Positions 59,550 through 64,000 of a stretch of 64,000 bases of DNA are shown in pieces. Source of the DNA: the human T2T-CHM13v2.0 reference genome, Homo sapiens; the NCBI RefSeq assembly GCF_009914755.1, contig NC_060926.1; one strand, given 5' to 3'. The notes below the pieces were generated by a model, which was not told where the DNA came from, did not search any database, and was given only the letters and a program-made list of their open reading frames with translations. The position numbers and the translations under genes were made by a program. Every line of letters begins with the position of its first letter. The stretch's first letter is position 1.

Positions 59550-60290
59550 TTTCTTTACTTTAAAAATTGACAGATAAAAATCATATATATTTATGGTGTA
59601 CAACATGATGTTTTGATATATGTATACATTGTGGAATGGCGAAATCAAGCCACCTAACATATGCATTACCTCTCATAACTTGCTTTTTTGATGAGAACTG
59701 TCAAAATCTACCCTTTTAGTAATTTTCAAGTATAATATATCATTATTAACTATAGTCACCATGGTATACAATAGATCTCTTGAACTTATTCCTCCTGTCT
59801 AACTGAAATTTTGTGTCTTTTGACCAACACTTTCCCAATGCCCACACCCCAGCCCCTGGTCACCATCGTTTCACTCCTTGTTTCTATGAGGTGAATTTTT
59901 TAACTTCCATATCTGAGTGTGATCATGTAGTATTTGTCTTGCCACATCTGCTTTATTTTACTTGCGTAATGGCCTCCAAGTTCATCCATGTTGTTGCAAA
60001 TGACAGGATTTTCTTCTTTATTTTTTTATTTTTTTTATTTTTTTAAGACAAGGTCTCGCTCTGTCTCCCAGACTGGAGTGCAGTGGCACAACCTGAGCTC
60101 GCCGCAGCCTTGAACATCTAGGCTCAAGGGCTTCTCCTGCCTCAGCCTCCTGAGTAGCTGGGACTACAGATGACGTCCTTCCTTTTTAAGGCTGAATAAT
60201 ATTCCATGTGTGTATATACCACGTTTTCTCTCTTTGTTTGCCACTGATGGCCCTTCCTTGGGTCGAGTCCATGTCTTGGCATTGTGAACC
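59550..60290 (-). mobile_element. L1MA 3' region antisense, interrupted by an Alu right-arm fragment (~60015-60170)
   Basis: tttatggtgtacaacatgatgttttgatatatgtatacattgtggaatggc…ttcatccatgttgttgcaaatgacaggatt…[Alu]…tttaaggctgaataatattcc. Confidence 0.85.
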
Positions 60291-60785
60291 ACGCTCACAC
60301 AGAGCTTGGAGGCTGTAAGCACGCGATGCCATTTACTCCTCTCAACAGCCTGTGCAGCCTCTCGGCAGGTGGGAAGCCTGAGACTTACTGATTTGCCCAG
60401 GGTCACAGCTGGCGGAGATCTGGGACTTGGGTCCAGGCGGGCTGATCCCATGGCCTGTGCTCTTCTGCACGACCCCCTGCTGCCTCAGAAGTGGAGGCTG
60501 AGGAAGGTGGTGTCATTACCGATGTTACCCAGCTGACTGATGGTGGAACAGGGATTTGTACCCATGTCCATCTGCCTGAAAAACCAGCTCTGCCTTCCCA
60601 GAGGATAGGGGTCCTCATATGCCCACAGCTTCAACATAATCAAAGTTGTTAACTAATAATAGAAGGAGTAGCTTGAATTGGAGATGTGGAAGGAGACCTG
60701 GGACAGGGATAGAAGTGTAGAGGAATTCCCAGCCCCTCTTTCCCATTTGTCTTAGCTGTCCTCAGCTCCTTCCACAAAAGGTAGG

Positions 60786-61076
60786 TTTTCGTTTTTGTTT
60801 GAAAAAGGGCTTCGGTCCGTCACAGAGGCTGCAGTGCAGTGGCAAGATCATAGCTCAGTGCAGCCTTGAGCTCCTGGACTCAAATGATCCTCCTGCCCCA
60901 GCCCCCTGATTAGTTGGGACTATAGGTGTGTGCCACTGCATCCAGCTAATTTTTAAATTTTTTGTGGAGACAAGGTTTCACTATGCTGCCCAGGCTGATC
61001 TTGAACTCCTGGGCTTAAGCAGTCATCCTGCCTCAACCTCCCAAAGTGCTGGGATTACAGGTGTGAGCACCCGGCC
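60786..61076 (-). mobile_element. AluJ antisense
   Basis: gatcatagctcagtgcagccttgagctcctggactcaaatgatcctcc…gtgtgagcacccggcc. Confidence 0.85.
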
Positions 61077-61276
61077 AAATTTTTTTTTTTTTTTTAAATA
61101 ATGGAAGGCAACACAGCACAGGAGTCAAGAACATAGACTCATAATATGAGCAGCGTGGTTTGAATCCTAGCTTTACAGCTAAATAACAGTATGGTATTCA
61201 GCAAATTGCATATTTTCTGTAAATCTCTTTCCTTCTTTGAGAGATGGATTCTTGTGAAGATTAAATGAAACATTAT

Positions 61277-61560
61277 TTTTGTTGTTGTTGTTGTTGTTGA
61301 GACAGAGTCTTGCTCTGTTGCCCAGGCTGGGGTACAGTGGCACCATCTCGGCTCACTACAACCTCTGCCTCCCGAGTTCAAATGATTCTCCTGTCTCTGC
61401 CGCCCAGTAGCTGGGACTACGTGCACCACCATGCCTGGCTAATTTTTGTATCTTTAGTAAAGATGGGTTTCACCATGTTGGTCAGGCTGTCTCAAACACC
61501 TGACCTTAGGTGATCCACTCCAAAGTGCTGGGATTACAGGCATGAGCCACCGCGCCCTGC
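61277..61560 (-). mobile_element. AluS antisense inserted in a MIR (MIR ~61105-61275 and 61561-61600)
   Basis: (ttg)n tail; TSD aaatga(a/g)acattattt. Confidence 0.88.
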
Positions 61561-62544
61561 AAATGAGACATTATTTGTAAAGCACTCAACGCAGAGCTTG
61601 AGACAAAGAACTATCTGGCAGGATGTTGAAATTGCCAAGGTTTAGGGTAAGATTAGTGTTGGGGGAGAGATGACAGTGAGTCAGAAACTAAAATCTTCAA
61701 GGGCTAAGGAGTGTGATCCAGGGCTCAGTACATAGCTGTAGTAAGAGCGGTTGTAGATGGCACAGTCCAAATATATGACATTCAAGGGCCAAGTGACTTG
61801 AGACCTTGGGCTTCTGCCCTTGCTGGTGGGAGTTCATCACTAAGAGACTACAGCTGTGCGTGAGCTGTTTCTGAGGCCATCCTCCGCAGACGTACAAGGT
61901 TTTGCTATAGTGAATGCTTCGGGAGATGTAAGGAGGGAGCGCTCACTGTGGCTCAGAAGTGCTGGAGGACCATCCTGGAGGGCGGCCCTTGCGTGGGCGA
62001 GATGGCGATCCAGAGCAGATGGTGATGCCACGTGCAGCCAGTGAGGACCACAGGCTGGTGTACTGGGCGGGGAGTGACTGGTCTGGTTGCAGCAGGTGTG
62101 TACGAGAACCACCTTGGCCAAAAGGGCGTGGTTGGAGGCCCACGCCAAGCTGGCTGGCAAAACAGGTACCCCCTCTCTAGTCTGGGTGGTTGACACAGAG
62201 CCTCAGGCAGCGCTTGGGGTAATCAAGAGGGGCTGGGGTGCAGCAGTCAAAACACCAGTGTGAACAGGACATTGAGAATGGCCGGACAGGAAGCGAGCCT
62301 GGGCACTGACAGCCTCAAGCAGGGATAGACCTGCAAAGAAATCCCCAAGCCCGCTTTCCCAATTGTCTTAGCTATTCTCAGCTCCTTTCACAAAAGGTAG
62401 GGGCTGTTTGTTTGTTCGTCTTTGAGAAAGGGTCTCAACAGGTCCTGGACAGAGAGGAAATCATTTAGGAAGCAACAGGTGTGGTTGCCCATGGCTAGGC
62501 TGGGCCCAGGAGGGCCTGTTCCTTCCTGTTTCCAGCCCTCAGGC

Positions 62545-62878
62545 CTTGTCTGAGTCAGCTTGGGCTGGCTGGGTGGGTGGCTTACACAGCAGACATCTAT
62601 TTCCCCCAGGTCTAAAGGCTGGACGCCCGTGGTCAGGTTCCAGGGAGGGCTCCCTTCCAGGTTGCAGAAGGCCACCTTCTCACTGTGTCCCCACGTGGTG
62701 GGAGGGGTGAGTGAGCTTTCCGGTGGCTTTTTGCATAAAGGCACTAATCCCACTCATGAGGGCGACACCCTCATGACCTAACCACCTCCCAACAGTCTCC
62801 TCTCAATACCCTCACCTTGGAAGTTAGGATTTCAACATATGAACTTGGGGGAAGGACAGAGGCCTTCAGTCCTTTGCA
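62545..62878. mobile_element. MLT1A-type MaLR LTR
   Basis: tgtctgagtcagcttgggctg…ggcttacacagcagacatctattt…taaaggcactaatcccactcatgagggc…ttaggatttcaacatatgaa. Confidence 0.8.
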
Positions 62879-64000
62879 AGCCTGAAGTCCAAACCCTGTT
62901 TCTGCTCACTGAGGTTACTGACTAAAGCAAAGTGCCACAAACTAGTGCGAACACAGACGCAGGGGACTTCACCCGTACCCTCTCTCGGAGATTTTTCTCA
63001 TTTAAAAGAAGCAGAAAATGAAATGTCTGTGGGTGCAGGCAGGAGGGCCAGGGTGGGGGTCTCAGTTTGCACCCCGTCAAGCAGATCCTCCCCATCCACA
63101 ATGGGCTGAGTCCCCCGAGGGACAGGGACATAGGGCTGGACATCTTGTCTAGGTTGTTTGCTTTTTTGTCATTTTAGCTCCTGTTTTTATTTTGATTTCT
63201 TTTCTGTCTGTTTAAAAAGACTTCTGGCTCCCCTTTCTGCCTGAGGTTTCATAGCTGACTGCCCCTCCTCACCTTTGGTGGTGATGCATCTCCTGTCCCC
63301 TTTCTACCTCTAACCCCTATGAGTTATTTTCCAGGATACCATTGAGAAATTGAGGGTTTTTCAAGGAGCGAGATGCCAGAACCTCTGTGCCCTCTCTGAC
63401 GGTACTCGGATGTAGTGGGCAGACAGTGAGGATTTGTTGAACTGACTGGGTGGACCCACAGCATCTTCTCACACCAGACTTAAGAGGGTGGCCAGTGGGC
63501 ATGGGGCCTCTCTGCCAGGCCGTTTTCCTGCTTCCCTGCTGAGACCGAGTGTGCTGGGTGAGCAGCCCCTTCCTGAATGATGGCAGGGCCCTGAGGTCCC
63601 TGGGGTGCCAGAGCTCCCTCTTCTGTGGAATGCCGGAGCAGTGTGCTCACCGTTCCCTGTGTGTATAAGCTCAGAATTTTTTTCAGAATAAAAAAGCACA
63701 ACTCAAAAACAGATCGACTTCTCAGATGTCTCTTCTCTTCATCTTTCTTTTCCTTCCCTTCCCCACTAAAAATACTGTGTTCTGTTATTTACAACACTTT
63801 TCTAAATGTCTTGCATGGTGTTGACTTAGTAGCTGGGACCTGGGAAACCAGAGGCAGGAATGGAGTCGCCTGGACCTGGCCCAGTCACAGAGCCAGGGGC
63901 AGGGCCCACGCATGTCTGCAGGGGCAGTGGGTGGGACAGGCAGAGCTGCAGTGAATGATGGCACGTGGGTTGAGTGCCCTCTGATGCAGCCGTGGGCACA

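Overview
Primate, almost certainly human, genomic DNA (Alu/L1/MIR/MLT/MER repeats, CpG depletion outside one CpG island). The only coding sequence I can support is a 39-nt first exon (17198-17236, MLSVVHFLRSFFK, GCCACCATG Kozak, AAG|GTGAGA donor) in a CpG island. From memory it matches the N-terminus of the long ARHGEF4 (Asef) isoform, which would make 1-17 kb upstream intergenic DNA and the rest intron 1. The other ORFs in the track look like GC-rich or repeat-derived noise. The most notable structures are: (1) a near-identical ~3.48-kb tandem duplication (37398-40875 / 40876-44351) whose junction is a chimeric Alu with a 15-bp crossover window; (2) exactly five identical 84-bp units at 2321-2740 with a hairpin at the left edge; (3) a tailless 5S rRNA retrocopy with a target-site duplication; (4) older Alu rearrangement scars (a collapsed inverted pair, and a trimeric Alu where L1 sequence is missing); (5) two diverged local duplications; (6) a long (AAGG)n/(AAAAG)n Alu tail. 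I found no evidence of a new protein-coding system. Repeat subfamily calls come from recalled consensus sequences and boundaries are approximate.
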